A DNA stretch of 64,000 bases. Origin: Octopus vulgaris. Lineage: Eukaryota. Below, one piece after another: positions 47,936 through 60,519 of this stretch. Each line of letters starts with the position of its first letter. Position 1 is the first letter of the stretch. The notes beneath the pieces were generated by a model, which saw nothing but the letters and a program-made list of their open reading frames with translations, searched no databases and had not been told where the DNA came from. Position numbers and translations under genes: made by a program. The stretch is taken from positions 131,192,001-131,256,000 of the forward strand of contig OX597816.1 in assembly GCA_951406725.2 (NCBI GenBank), given 5' to 3'.

Positions 47936-50672
47936 TCACAATTTTCTCCATTTTGATACTTTACCTTCAGCCATCATTTGTTGTTTCTTTTTCTCCTTCA
48001 ATTGACTTAAGAAACTCTCCAATTCATCAAGAGTTTCTGTTGACTGAATCATTTTTATAGTGTCATTAGTGCTCTCATTGAAACTTTTATTTCCATCTTC
48101 ATAAATCTGCTTCCCACCCACTTCTTTCATTTCTTTCTCTCCATCAAATATCTGCTCTCTTTGAGTAGTATTACTATTAGAGATAATTTCTGAAACACTT
48201 TCATCTTGTTCTTCAACCTCTTCATTGTGTCTGCATAACTTTGAATCTTTCTTTCCTGCTGTCTCAATCAAAGGAGAAGAAGGAAGTGGAGGTAACAGTA
48301 AAGGAGACTGTTGTTCAGGAAATGGTGGAAGAGGTGGAGGTGATACACAAGTAGGCAAAGGTGGCTGTTGTTTATCTTCATTAGTCAGTAAACTAGTTTC
48401 ATTTTCTGAACAGGATTTACTAGAACTATTCATTCCCATATTCTCAAAGCATCTATCAGATTTTACAAGTGTTGTTTCTGAACATTCCTCAGTAATTTGT
48501 GACATATTTTTAACTTTCTGTACTGATTGATTGCAGTCACTTTCATCACAATTGCCCAGTAAAGAAACTTTAGTAACAGAGTTAGAAGTCTCATAATTGA
48601 TTTGTTTTGATGCAATATTTCTACGTTTCCGATTGTCTTCACCAATACTTAAAGTAACAGTGTCTTTAAATTCAGTATTTTCATTATCATCTATAGTTCT
48701 TACCTCGTCTGAAGAACATTTAACAAACCTTGAACATCTATCAGTTTCTGGAATTTTTTTCACATTTTCTAACTTCAAAGTATCAGTATCTAGTGTTTTA
48801 CCACTAGATTCTGAATCTTGAAACAAATTTTTCCTATCCATAAATTTCCTGTCAGCTTCTAGAAATTTATCAACAGAATCATTAATTCTAGAAGATGAAC
48901 CTACTAATTTATCTGAACCTGATGGGCTCTTTCCAGTAGCTGATTGATGGTAATAAGCATGAGAGCTAGAGTCTTCTTTATTAGATTTTGGAATGTAACA
49001 TCCCTTTGAACTAGACTCAGATGATCTAGAATTAGTTTCTTCTTTTCTACGTCTAAAATCATTCTTATCATCTTCATGAGACTTTGTGTGTTTGGAACTC
49101 CTACTATGGCTTGATCTATGACTTTTATAGTCTTTATCCTCAGGCTTTGATAATTTTTTCTCAGACACTGTCTCTTCTTCTTTAAGTTTTTCAGTCTTTC
49201 GTAAACGTTTTGCAGTTGTTTCAGAATCCAAAACACATTTCTTTGATTGATAACTCTTTGATTCATCACAACTGTCATTATGTTTATATTTTAAATTAAA
49301 AACTGAATGATTATCTAAAGATCTCTTCAATTTATCTCGAGTTCTGTTTGAAGAAGCAGAACTAGAACTAGATGAAGTATTTGATGAAGGGGATGAGGAA
49401 GAAGATGAAGACGTAGAAGTGGATGATGATGATGATGATGACGATGATGAAGATGATGATGATGATGATGATGAAGATGAAGAAGAATCAGTAGAACTAC
49501 TTCTGTGTCTGCCACATTTTCCTTTCCTTTGCAAAGATTGCTTTATATTAGTATCAAGACTGCTGGATTCCTTTGAACTTTGATGTTTGCTATTAGAATT
49601 AGACTTTTTATTTACTGAATGTGTATGTTTCTGTCGTGGTTCAATACACACACTTCTCCTATGACTACGGGTACTTTCAACAATATCTGGTAGTTTGAAT
49701 TTTTGGCTGCCATCATCATCGCGATTCAGTTCAGGGAGACTTGCAGTTGGTGAATGTTTCCTGGCATATTTATAAGCTGGTTCATTAGACTTGTGTTTTC
49801 TATCCCGACTCAGACTTCGTTTCTTGCCTATTTTATTATCATGTGTGAAATACAAGTCAGAATCCTTTCCACCTCCTTTCATTGAGTAGGATTCATCAAC
49901 AGCTTGTTTACCATGAAGATCCTTCAATTGTCTTCTTTTACTTGATTCTATGTGTTGATGAGATGTTAAATGTTTATTTGACTTTTTGCTGTCATTGCTA
50001 GGTGATCGGCTCTTCACCCTATAGTTACTTTTCCTGTCTTGGCTGTCATCATAACACTCCTTAGAATTTAAACTGCTGTATTTACACATAGATTGATAAT
50101 TATCATCAAAAATGACTTCTTGTAATGTCTTTTTTGACTTGGAATGGCTCTCTTCATTTGGAGGAAATCTATGAGATCTTTCTCGGTTGATATAAATCTC
50201 TTTGAACTCTTGACTCTGTGATCTGACTTTAGTCCTGTTCAAATGATCACTGATGTTAGATGAAGGTTTTCTATAGGTGGAGGGCACAGAGTCATAACTA
50301 TGTGGAGAATTATCTCGAGATAACTTTCCATCCCATACTGAATAGTCAGGAGATTTAGAATTAGTCCTACTCCGTCTGTCACGGATTGACTTATTTTGCA
50401 CTAACCTGGTTTCTGGATTTATCTTATAGCTTTTCCCAGGTGAGCTATGCCGTTCCCAATGGCTATGGCTGAATTCAGAGACTGTTTGACTATCAGAAAA
50501 GTGGGAATCACGAGTATCGGAGCGACTTTCATTATGTGTCTCTGAGTGGCGACTATGCTGGGATTTATGGGAGTCTACATCAAGAGAACGATGCATTCTT
50601 GATGGATTCAGGTTTAAAGAATGTGAAGAGGATGCATCAGAAGCTGAGCCATCATGGTACTTGTGATCTTTT
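47936..50672 (-). CDS. TTC14: TTC14 terminal exon: ~911-aa Ser/Arg/Lys/Asp-rich low-complexity tail
   Basis: Uninterrupted 2.7-kb ORF. Acceptor tttttctcag; phase 2 joins AG of the previous exon to give R-KDHKYHDG. Poly-Ser and PPLP tracts. TGA at 47938-47936. Confidence 0.88.
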
Positions 50673-50756
50673 CTGAGAAAAAAAGAAGAAAGACAATGAA
50701 AATCAGATTGAAAAATAACTATGCATTCATATATATCTACAATATACATATACATA

Positions 50757-51128
50757 GGTGCAGCGTGGCTGTGCGGTAAAAAATTTGCTTCCTAACCCCA
50801 TGGTTACAGGTTCAGTCTCATTCCGTGGCACCTTTGGCCAGTGTCTTCTACTATAGCCTCCGGCTGACCAAAGCCTTATGAATGGATTTAGTAGATGGAA
50901 ACTGAAAGAAGCCTGTTATATATGTGTGTGTGTGTGTGTTTTTCTCCCAACCATCACTTGACAACTGATGTTGGTGTGTTTACATTCTCGTAACTTAGCA
51001 GTTTGGCAAAAGAGACTGATAGGATAAGTACTAGGCTCACAAAGAATAAGTCCTGGGTTCGATTTGTTCAACTAAAGACAATACGCCAGCATGGCTGCAG
51101 TCAAATGACTGAAACAAGGAAAAGAATA
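50757..51128 (+). mobile_element. Full-length tRNA-derived SINE family 1
   Basis: Colinear with 42068-42490. Confidence 0.88.
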
Positions 51129-51239
51129 TAAATATATATATTCAGAAAAAGTAGATTATTTATTTAACACTTTCATTTCATTTCAATCATTCATCAGGAA
51201 TGATGCTTTAACAGAAAACTCATGCCTTTTATATAAATA

Positions 51240-51632
51240 CTAGCAGTATCGCCCGGCGTTGCTCGGGTTTGTAAGGGAAATAATTATATAAGCATTTTTA
51301 GAGATGTAAAGTATAATAGCCATCTCAATATGGCTAACCACAAAGGGGGAGGGGTGTTACTGTAGCTTTTTACGTTCTGAGATTTAATAATAAATTTTAG
51401 AGAGTCACTTCCCTTATATATGTCAAAAATAGATTAAAAATGCGAAAAATTGATGGTAAATTTTTTTTTAAATCGTAGACTCATCGTAGACGCGCGCTAA
51501 TACCCAGACGGTCTCGATATGAATCACGACTATAAGATACCCGGTTTTGGTTAAACTGCACCGCAAAATGTGGGAGTAGTTAGGAATCTAAATCGTAGGA
51601 GACAGACACAACCTCACTTTTATATATAAAGA
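51240..51632 (-). mobile_element. Non-autonomous Helitron
   Basis: Minus strand: A|TCTTTATATATAAAAG...CCCGAGCAACGCCGGG CGATACTGCTAG|T. 5'-TC, subterminal hairpin, 3'-CTAG, AT target, no TSD. CpG-rich, so probably young. Confidence 0.88.
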
Positions 51633-51734
51633 TTTTCTCTATTTACATAATATTGAGGTCTCTTTCTTTCTTTTGTTATCTTACTGTTTTTACCAATATA
51701 CATATATATATATATATATAAATATATATATAGT

Positions 51735-52056
51735 TACAGAGATGTACTTGCATAGCAAGTGACTTGATCTGAGATCGTGTGCTGGAACGAAAACAGTTGC
51801 AGCGTTGAAGGTGTTTATAAGCCATTTAAGAAACACACAAAAACCGTTAGATTCACTTCAACATTTAAATTTAATTTGTCAAAATATTTTCGTCGCTTTG
51901 AGACTGCAACCTGTTAGCACGATATTTTTGTCAGTGAACAGGTCACAGTCTCAAAGCGAGGAAAATATTTTGGCAAATTAAATTTAAATGTTGAAGTGAA
52001 TCTAACGGTTTTTGTGTGTTTCTTAAATGGCTTACAAACACCTTCCACGCTGCAAT
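51735..52056. mobile_element. Fold-back element family A, second copy (G3:C8 hammerhead-like motif at 51927-51977 +)
   Basis: Inverted arms spanning 51797-52055. TTTGTCA GTGAACA G GTCAC-agtctcaaa-GCGAG GAA AATATT T TGGCAAA. Flanked by (TA)n. Confidence 0.85.
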
Positions 52057-52424
52057 ATATATATACACACATATATATATATATGTATGTATGTATGTAT
52101 GTGTGTATATGTGTATGCATGTATGTGTGTGTGTGTGTGCGTGTCTGTGCTTGTGATTGTCCTCCACCACTGCTTGACAACGAATGTTGGTTTGTTTACA
52201 TCCCTGTCACCTAGTGGTTTGACAAAGGAAACAGATAGAATAAGTACAATGCTTACAAAAATAAAACTGGAGTTGATTCATTAAACTACAATTCTTCAAG
52301 GCATTGCCCCAGCATGGCCACAGACCAATGGCTGGAAAAAGCAGAAGAATAAAAGAATACATTCTCTGCTTTGGTCTTATGTTCAAGGCATGAGAAAGCT
52401 TGAGTTTACATGAGAAGGCCTAAC

Positions 52425-52680
52425 AGACCTGGTAGAAACAGCAGCCAAATCTCCCTCAAATCACACCTTACTGTCTTATGTATGTATATATGAACCAATG
52501 AGGGGGACCTCTACATGGTAGCTAGACCTGGTAGAAATAGCAGCCAAATTTCCCCCAAATCACACCTTACTGTCTTATCTATGTATATATGTATGTATGA
52601 GCCTATGAGGGAGACCCCTACATGGTAGCTAGACATGGTAGAAATAGCAGCCAAATCACACCTTACTGTCTTATGTATGT
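52425..52680 (+). repeat. Three tandem ~100-bp units
   Basis: agacctggtagaaatagcagccaaat...tcacaccttactgtcttat repeated three times. Dispersed relatives at ~1560, 22555 and 38720. Confidence 0.75.
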
Positions 52681-53509
52681 ATATATATATATATATATAC
52701 AAGCCACTACGGTTATTTAATGTAAAGTCTTCCTCAAATCACTCTCGCTATTTACTCTCTTCCAAGAACATTTTCACTCACTCTTATCTCTTAGCTTGCC
52801 ATACATTTTACTCATGTATCTATCAGCGTGATAGACAGAAACAAATATTACATCGCCATCGCATTCTATTGTCTACCTGTCAACACACACACAGTGAATT
52901 ACTTTCATTTTATTCGTTGCACACTGCGTGTGCGTGTGGTGTAAACCACATTAAGAAAAGCATTTGACATACACACCAGAATGTGAGTTTTCTGTAAATT
53001 TTGCTTAATTGGAGTTTAAATTTTAAAAACTGGACCTGGCATGACCCGATGCATTCTACTCTTAAAAATGCTAGGTAAATTGTAATTGAAGAAATCCTAT
53101 ATTGTAGATTTCTCTAACTGACAAAGGGAGGCAGATAAAATCTGCCTTTTATAATAAGAGATGTGAGATAGTTGAAAATGTCTGGAGTTGAATTGGGAAG
53201 AGAATGTTTGTGTGTGTGTGTGTGTGAGCATGTGGTTAAGTAATTGGAAGTTTGGTTAAAGGGAGAAAAAAGGAAAGAAAAAGAGAGAAAGGTATCTTTT
53301 TCAGGGATGGCAGAAATTTTTCGACTCAGATACATAAAAGGCATAAATTTTCTGTAAAAAAATCATTTCTGATGAATCTCTGAAACAAGATGAAAGCACT
53401 AAATAAATAATCATCCAAAATTCTGACTACTTCCTTTTTCTTAATATATAAAAATCTCTGTACACCACTTCAAACAATTTATCTATCTATCTATCTATCT
53501 ATCTATATA

Positions 53510-53552
<43 letters not shown>

Positions 53553-53734
53553 ATATATATATATATATATATTTGACATAGAGACTATGCCAAATCAGAT
53601 TGGAGTCTGGTGCAGCCCCTCAGCTTACCAGCCCTGGTCAAACTGTCTAACCCATGCCAGCACAGACAATGGACATTAAATGATAATGATGGTGATATAC
53701 ACACATACATATATACACACACACACACACGCAC

Positions 53735-53808
<74 letters not shown>

Positions 53809-53846
53809 TAATTCATAGCACTCTCACTAAACTGCAATCTATTTAC

Positions 53847-54022
53847 CTATAATGTTGATATTTATCAGAGACAACAACCCTCTTGTAGGAATGTCCAGAT
53901 TTATCTAGTTTAGATTTATGTTGTGAAAAGCTTCCTTCCATACTATCCAAGTGGGATGAATTTCTATGTCTTGAGGAAGAAGATTCTATATTACGGCCAG
54001 CTGGAGTGGAATTAGGATCAGC
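53847..54022 (-). CDS. TTC14: TTC14 exon (post-TPR linker)
   Basis: ttgcag acceptor; ADPNSTPAGRNIESSSSRHR...DKYQHY-AG; gtaaat donor. Phases 0 and 2 fit both neighbouring exons. Confidence 0.8.
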
Positions 54023-55640
54023 CTGCAAGCAATTGATCAAAGTATGTTTAGTGTTATCATCACAAAAAAGAAAATAATAGTTGCAGATAATCCTTTGTAA
54101 TTAAAGAGAATCTGCAGCAGATGGGTAGATGTAAAATCTACTGGATAGGCTAAGCAATTGAGCAAAAGAAAGTGAAAGGAAGTTGAGAACATGATATTGA
54201 TTATTAATTAATAAATGCAAGGGAAACATTTCCAATGATAATATTTTTTACTAGGAGAGCAATCTGGCGGAATTGCTAAAATGTTAGGTAAAATGCTTAG
54301 TAGCATTTTGTCTGTCTATATGTTCTGAGTTCAAATTCCGTTGGGAACAACTTTGTCTTTCATCCTTTCAGGGTCAATAAAATAAGTACCAGTTGAAAAT
54401 TAGGGTTGATTTAATTGACTTAGCTCCTCCTGTAAACCTTCTGGCTTTGTGCCAAAATTTGAAACCAATATTTTTTTTTTACTAGTCAGTCTAAAGACAA
54501 ACACTAATTCTCTTCATATCCATGCAATTTGATAACAGAAATAATAATGTGAAATTACTGCAATCAACTCTTTCGGATAATTGTTAAAAGGAAAATGTAG
54601 ACAGTGAGGCAGACCTAGAGAAGTACCTGTTTCCAAGAAGAACTAAAGATGACATGAGGAGATGAGGTGAATGAACCAAGTGAGCTTAGAGGGAAAGAAA
54701 CTGACAGACAGTGGTTTCAGCAGAAACAGAATGTCATAACTCAATGGTGAATGAATAGTTATAGTTTAACAGGTAGAGAATAGTTGTCTTATTAAGACAT
54801 ACATGCTGATGGATTAAGTCTATCTTAGTATAGAACATACTTCTTCCATACTGTGAACAGTAGTAAACTCTGTGCCTAGAAAACCATCCTTTGTCATGTA
54901 GTCTTGGTTATGTAATACGTCTGGTTTCTACGAAAGATTAACAGAGACCATAAAGCCTAACATTTTTAGGGAATGTAATATTGTTAATGAATGAAGACAC
55001 AGCATGGAAAACAGACATTAAATAATGATGATGATGTGTAGAATATATATTTCGATGGTGTTGAATGAAATTTGGTTATCAGAAATCTCTAAGCATTTTG
55101 TTTAGCATACTAACAATTTTATCAGTTCACAACAACAACAACAACAATAATAATGGTTTCAAATTTTGGCACAATGCCAGCAATTTCAAGGGAAGGAGCA
55201 AATTGATTATATTGATCCCAGTGATCAACTGGCACTTATTTTATCGACCCTGAAAAGATGAAAGGTGAAGTCAACCTCAGTGGAATTTAAACTCAGAATA
55301 TAAAGACAGATGAAATGCCACTAAGAATTTTGTCTGGCATGCTAACGATTCTTCCAGCTTGCCGTCTTATATTATTATTATTATTATTATTATTATTGTA
55401 ATGACACCGCCGCCGCTGCCGATGATGATAAAAATAATAATAATTAACATCATCATTGTCATTATCTATTTCACCATAAATTCTTTACTAATAATTTATC
55501 TGTGCAAATCACTTAACTTGCAACAAATTATATTTTTCTTTTTTTTTTGTAATCAAATATCTCATGGAAATCCTTAACCTAAAAGTTAAATATATGTAGA
55601 TGTTATTCAAAATGTTTTTTGCTTTAACACATTTTCTAAC

Positions 55641-55758
55641 CTTTGACTTAAACAAAATATGCCGCATATAACGACTGGCATCTGTATTAAGTGGATCCAC
55701 TTGGAGTGCCCGCTTATAGTAGTGCTCTGCTTCATCTGCTTTATTCTGTTCTTCCAGG
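55641..55758 (-). CDS. TTC14: TTC14 TPR exon
   Basis: gctag acceptor; LEEQNKADEAEHYYKRALQVDPLNTDASRYMRHILFKSK; gttaga donor. Compare human [21 protein letters not shown]. Confidence 0.92.
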
Positions 55759-56115
55759 CTAGCAAATGAAATCATCACAGTTGTGAAAGATAAACAGTTC
55801 AGGCAACATTGCAAATATAATTAGATGAAACAGAATCATAGTTATTCACCCCTTTTTATTTCTTAAAATATTTTCATTTCAAAACAAACAAACAAAAACA
55901 CACACACATGTATATATATTTTAAATCTTATTTCAATTACAATTCTGATTTTAAAAATACAAATTATTATTTTGTTTATAAAGAATTAATAAATAATTTG
56001 TTTAATATATGCTTACATCTTTCATTAAATTGATAAAGACAAATTTAATTAAAAGATACAAATAATAAAATCAAACAAAATTATATTAAAATTATATATA
56101 CTTATAATAAAAATA

Positions 56116-56671
56116 CGAGGGTGAGTCAAAAAGTAATGCCATTTTGTTTAGGACAGGTATAACTACCAACGCAGGAACATGTATCATACATCAAAATGAA
56201 GATGGTCCTTTGTGTATCACATCCCTACTTCTCAACATAGTCACCATTTCTCTCAATAGCAACGTTCCACCTTCGAATGATAGCATGTATCTCTGCCCCC
56301 AAAAATTCTGTTGACTGTTCTTTGAGCCACTTCTTCACTACCTCCACACTCACCAGATTTAGCGCCTTCAGACTATCATCTCTTCGGTGCCACGAAAGAG
56401 GGTTTGAGAGGCAAACATTATTCCAGTGACAAGGAAATGAAAACTGTAGTTAAGAAGTGGCTCAAAGAACAGTCAACAGAATTTTGCGGAGCAGGGATAC
56501 ATGCTCTCATTCAAAGGTGGAACATTGCTATTAAGAGAAACAGTGACTATGTTGCGAAGTAGGGATGTGATCTACAGAGGACCAGCTTCATTTTGATGTA
56601 TGATACATGTTCCTGTATCGGTAATTATACCTGTCCTAAACAAAATGGCATTACTTTTTGACTCACCCTCG
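56116..56671. mobile_element. Mariner-derived fold-back MITE (~225-bp arms)
   Basis: TA-CGAGGGTGAGTCAAAAAGTAATGCC ... GGCATTACTTTTTGACTCACCCTCG-TA. Right half encodes SPDLAPSDYHLFG...WLKEQSTEF..GIHALIQRW...DYVAK*. Confidence 0.92.
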
Positions 56672-56688
56672 TAGAAAAAAAAGCTTAC

Positions 56689-56811
56689 ATTTTCCCATGA
56701 GCTACAAGTGTTTGACAAAGATATTTGCAGGCATTTTGATGGCGAGGATTTGTGGAATAAGCTCCTTCAAAGTCTTCAATAGCTCTTTTGTAATTTTCAT
56801 TATTAGCATAT
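56689..56811 (-). CDS. TTC14: TTC14 TPR exon
   Basis: tttcag acceptor; [40 protein letters not shown]; gtaagc donor. Compare human [40 protein letters not shown]. Confidence 0.95.
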
Positions 56812-57206
56812 CTGAAAGATTACAAGTTACAACATAAATATATGAATATAGCAGAATCTAGTGTGTGACTGTATAGGGATAAAATTATCCAGATAAAAAC
56901 CATGGTAGCTCTCAGGCATACTCCAGGTTACAGCTAACTTCATCAATGATCATTTAGTGTTAGCAATCATACTATAATTCTTCTGACAGGTAACTCTGGG
57001 CTCACTTCCCTGGATTATGAATATGATCAAGAGTATATATTTCAAACAATTATAAAGAATATGGAGACTGATAAGTCATCAATTTTTTCTTTTAATTTTA
57101 CAGATGCACTGTATGACCAACAGTAAAAATTAAAAAAAAGATTTGTTGATGTACCAGTCTCTATACTCTTTATAACTGTTTTTATATATATATATATATA
57201 TATATA

Positions 57207-57455
57207 TACTGTTGTGTCTGGGGAGAATCATTTTCTTTTTGTGCCTTTTCAATAGTCTTGAGTCAAGACTATTGAAAAGGTTGCAAGACACAACGAAAAT
57301 TTTAGGAAAATAAAAATAAGAAATAAGTGGAAATTTTACCGGTGAGTGTGTTAAATTATAAGGCACAAAAAGAAAATGACTCTCCCCAGACACACCAAAT
57401 ATGCTTCAACATATGAACTCACATAAAGAATCTTGCAAACCAAATCCAAAAACGA
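57207..57455. mobile_element. Fold-back element family B with U3:A8 hammerhead-like motif (57269-57305 +)
   Basis: Outer arms 57213-57247 / 57360-57394; central 37-bp palindrome 57244-57280; CTA TTGAAAA G GTTG-caagaca-CAAC GAA AATT T TAG. Flanked by (TA)n. Confidence 0.75.
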
Positions 57456-58451
57456 TATATATATATATATATATAAAATAACAGAAATTAATGAATACAT
57501 TATACTCTATTTAAATACAAAAATACAATTTTCAAACTAATAAAACTACAGCAGGGAAATTTTAGAGACAAATTAAATTCTGTCAATTTTGAACAGGATG
57601 AATTTTTTCTCTCCCCTCCCCACGTAAGGGTGAATTGATAATTTTTACAGCTTTTCTTAACATTAATCACTTCACTTCCTCTGGTTCTCCTAAATGAGAA
57701 AACCCCAGAACTACTCCTACTTCACAGTTGGCAGGTGGTTAACAGTATTTGGATAATAGGGGAAAAACCTCCACTTATCTTAGCAAGAAAATATAGAGAC
57801 AAAAAAGGAAAGAAACTTACAGACAGTAGTTTGTTTGTGTTATATGATTGTTTTGCCATGCATGAATGGGTTGCACAAATATGTTGAGACATTGTTTTAT
57901 AGCTGGATACTCTTCCTGATGCTAACTCTCATCTGTTTCCAAATAAGGTATCCCTTTTTCTCCACAAGGCTTCAAACACATGAAGTACCCAGATTATTTG
58001 TTGACAGGAGAAACTGACAAAAACATTGCCCACCACATTGCCTTAAAAGCAACTGGCGACAAAACACACACATATATATACATTCAGGTTCCCATCTACC
58101 AAATCCACTCACAAGGCTTTGGTCAGCCCAAGGCTGTAGTAGAAAACACCTGCCCAAGGTGCCATACTAAGAGGGACTGAAAACAAAACCATGTGGCAGA
58201 GAAGCAAACTTCTCAACAACACAGCCATGCCTCTGTGTGTAAGCATAAAGACTGCATGTTTGCTTACTGAGATCAAGTAACTTGTTTGCAATGTCAGAAT
58301 CCAAGTTAGACATTGTATTATATGGCTAAACAATTTTTTGAGAAAGTGTCATTTCTTTCCTTTTTTTATATATAAAGTTGTAAATTAAAAATACTAAAAA
58401 TACATGAAAAAATAAAATATTTAACAAGTCCTGATTATTTCTTATACTTAC

Positions 58452-58571
58452 AAAGCACCTCGAGCAACAAGAGCTTCTACGTTGCTGGGATCTATCTGAA
58501 GAGCTTTATTAAACATCTGCATTGCTTCTAATTCTTGGTTTCTTTTAAATAATGCAATTCCTTCAGCCACA
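58452..58571 (-). CDS. TTC14: TTC14 TPR exon
   Basis: ttatag acceptor; [40 protein letters not shown]; gtaagt donor. Compare human [23 protein letters not shown]. Confidence 0.96.
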
Positions 58572-58807
58572 CTATAACGACAGAATACAAAATAAATCTT
58601 AATATTATTCTCATAAAATACAATTTCAGGTTTATTGAATAAAAAACATTTTTATAATAAATCTTTGATGAAATTAAAGATTAATTAAATATGTGGTGTA
58701 TCCCTGATGGCGAGCTATCATAGATAGGGAGGCAGTCTCTTCTAGAATAATTTGAGGCAAGTTTGGAAGTTTGAAATTTAAAAGAGGAAAGAAGATGGTG
58801 TTCAGAA

Positions 58808-59480
58808 CAGTGGCGGCTCGTAGATAAAATTAGTGGTGGTGCTGCTTCAGAAAATTTTTAGCTATTGTTTTAATATTGTGTAAAAGGAAACAAACATATA
58901 AAAAGAAAATTTATACATAAACTTGATGAGTTCACAATTTAGCTACTGCTGGGTAGTGTTTTTAATTTGTTCACTGAACACCACTGTGAATTCCACCTTG
59001 TTTTTCAAAAATCCCCCTAAATCACAAAATGGGGGGGGGGGCTATTTTTCAAATCCTGACAACAACACTGAAGCTGAAAGCTGGATAATAATCTAATTCT
59101 ACACTTTATGACATTCAAGAACATAAACACGTTTTTAAGCACAACACATGTGGAGTCAAAAAGAAACACTACCTTTCACCAGCACACCAGTGCTCTCTCT
59201 GCCTAGCATGAAGCTTCCTATCTTGGATACATGAGCATGTGCACAACAGCCAAACACCACATCGCTGGAACTGTGAAGCACACAGTCTATACAAGGATTT
59301 TTGTATTTTTTTCATAAATTAAGGGATGGCTACTGACATTAAGCATAAGGATTATATAATGAACAAGTATAAAGAATGAATTAAAGAAAAAAGGACTCAT
59401 TATATTGAATGTTATCAATAATATTGAGTGGAAATAGGGGGTGCTGCAGTTCTGCAATGCCTATACACAAGCTGCCACTG
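58808..59480. mobile_element. Non-autonomous hAT-like element
   Basis: TIRs CAGTGGCGGCTCGT / ACAAGCTGCCACTG. 8-bp TSD gttcagaa / gtccagaa (7/8 match). Confidence 0.7.
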
Positions 59481-60519
59481 GTCCAGAATATACACATTTA
59501 ATATTTCTGTTTCCTATACATAAAGGTATTAAAATTTCTAGTCATTTGTAGTCATGTAAAGCATCTTTTCATCCTTCCTTTAGTATAGTCAGCACACCAA
59601 GACAAATAAATTATGCTAAATTCTACATTTTACAAAGTTAGGAAGCTATAAGTTATCCTCACAATTATTTGATTTTATTTAACAGTCTCACTATAAGATC
59701 ATGTTGTGAAATTAACATTGCTATTTCTAATAGAATGGAGAAATAACAAATTTTAAACACTTATATACTGTAACAGTTATAATCATCAACAAACAAATTA
59801 GTAGGACTTTTATATCTACTTGGTCTGATAAGTGAGAAGTCAAAACTAAGGAAGATTACCCATTGACACGATCCAACTATCGTAAAACCAAGAAAAAAAT
59901 CATCTATGAAAAAATTATCAAAACTATATATAAAAACAAATTAGTTGTCTTAAAACTAATAGAGTCGCTACTAATTATATTAAGATATGGTGGCATCTTA
60001 AATGTTAAAAAGCATAAAGGACTAATTCTAATGCTTGATTTCAAGATTGTTTTTTATTTGTTTTCATCTACACTCGCATTTTGTTTCCATTTACAGATTT
60101 GGTCATTTTAATAACAAATATTTTTATGTTTGCATTAAATTAAATTTTCCATGTTTCTGTTAGCTCAATTTTTAATCATACTTTTATACTATACAGTAAT
60201 TCTCAATGAAAACATAGGTGTCTGACTTAGGATTCTTCCAGATTACTTTTATTCTTTCTTCTTTATCTGTCCATTTGTAATCACCATGTTAACATCTTGA
60301 TTGAAAAGTTGTGAATTTGTATTTGTTCATTGGACATAACACAAAACAGCTTCTCACATGCATGCTTGACTGAATAATAACAGGTTGAGATGAAGCAATG
60401 CGAAATGGATTTTTTTTTTTGTGCTTATACTCCTCCCTTTTATCTCACTCTATAAGTTCATCTTGCACATTCAATATTTCATACTCATATTATTTCACTT
60501 GCGTTCTGGATATATTCTA

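Noticed and set aside
50673-50755. First 27 aa of the 939-aa ORF as an N-terminus of a standalone gene
   Set aside because: Lies upstream of a strong acceptor at 50673-50674. The ORF is the phase-compatible last exon of TTC14.
52425-52680. CRISPR-like repeat-spacer array
   Set aside because: Eukaryotic context, the spacers are themselves repeated, and there are no cas genes. It is a tandem duplication of a dispersed repeat.
53360-53400. CTGATGA...GAAA hammerhead candidate
   Set aside because: Intervening ATCTCT cannot form helix II and there is no helix I/III pairing. The minus-strand hit near 51190 fails for the same reason.
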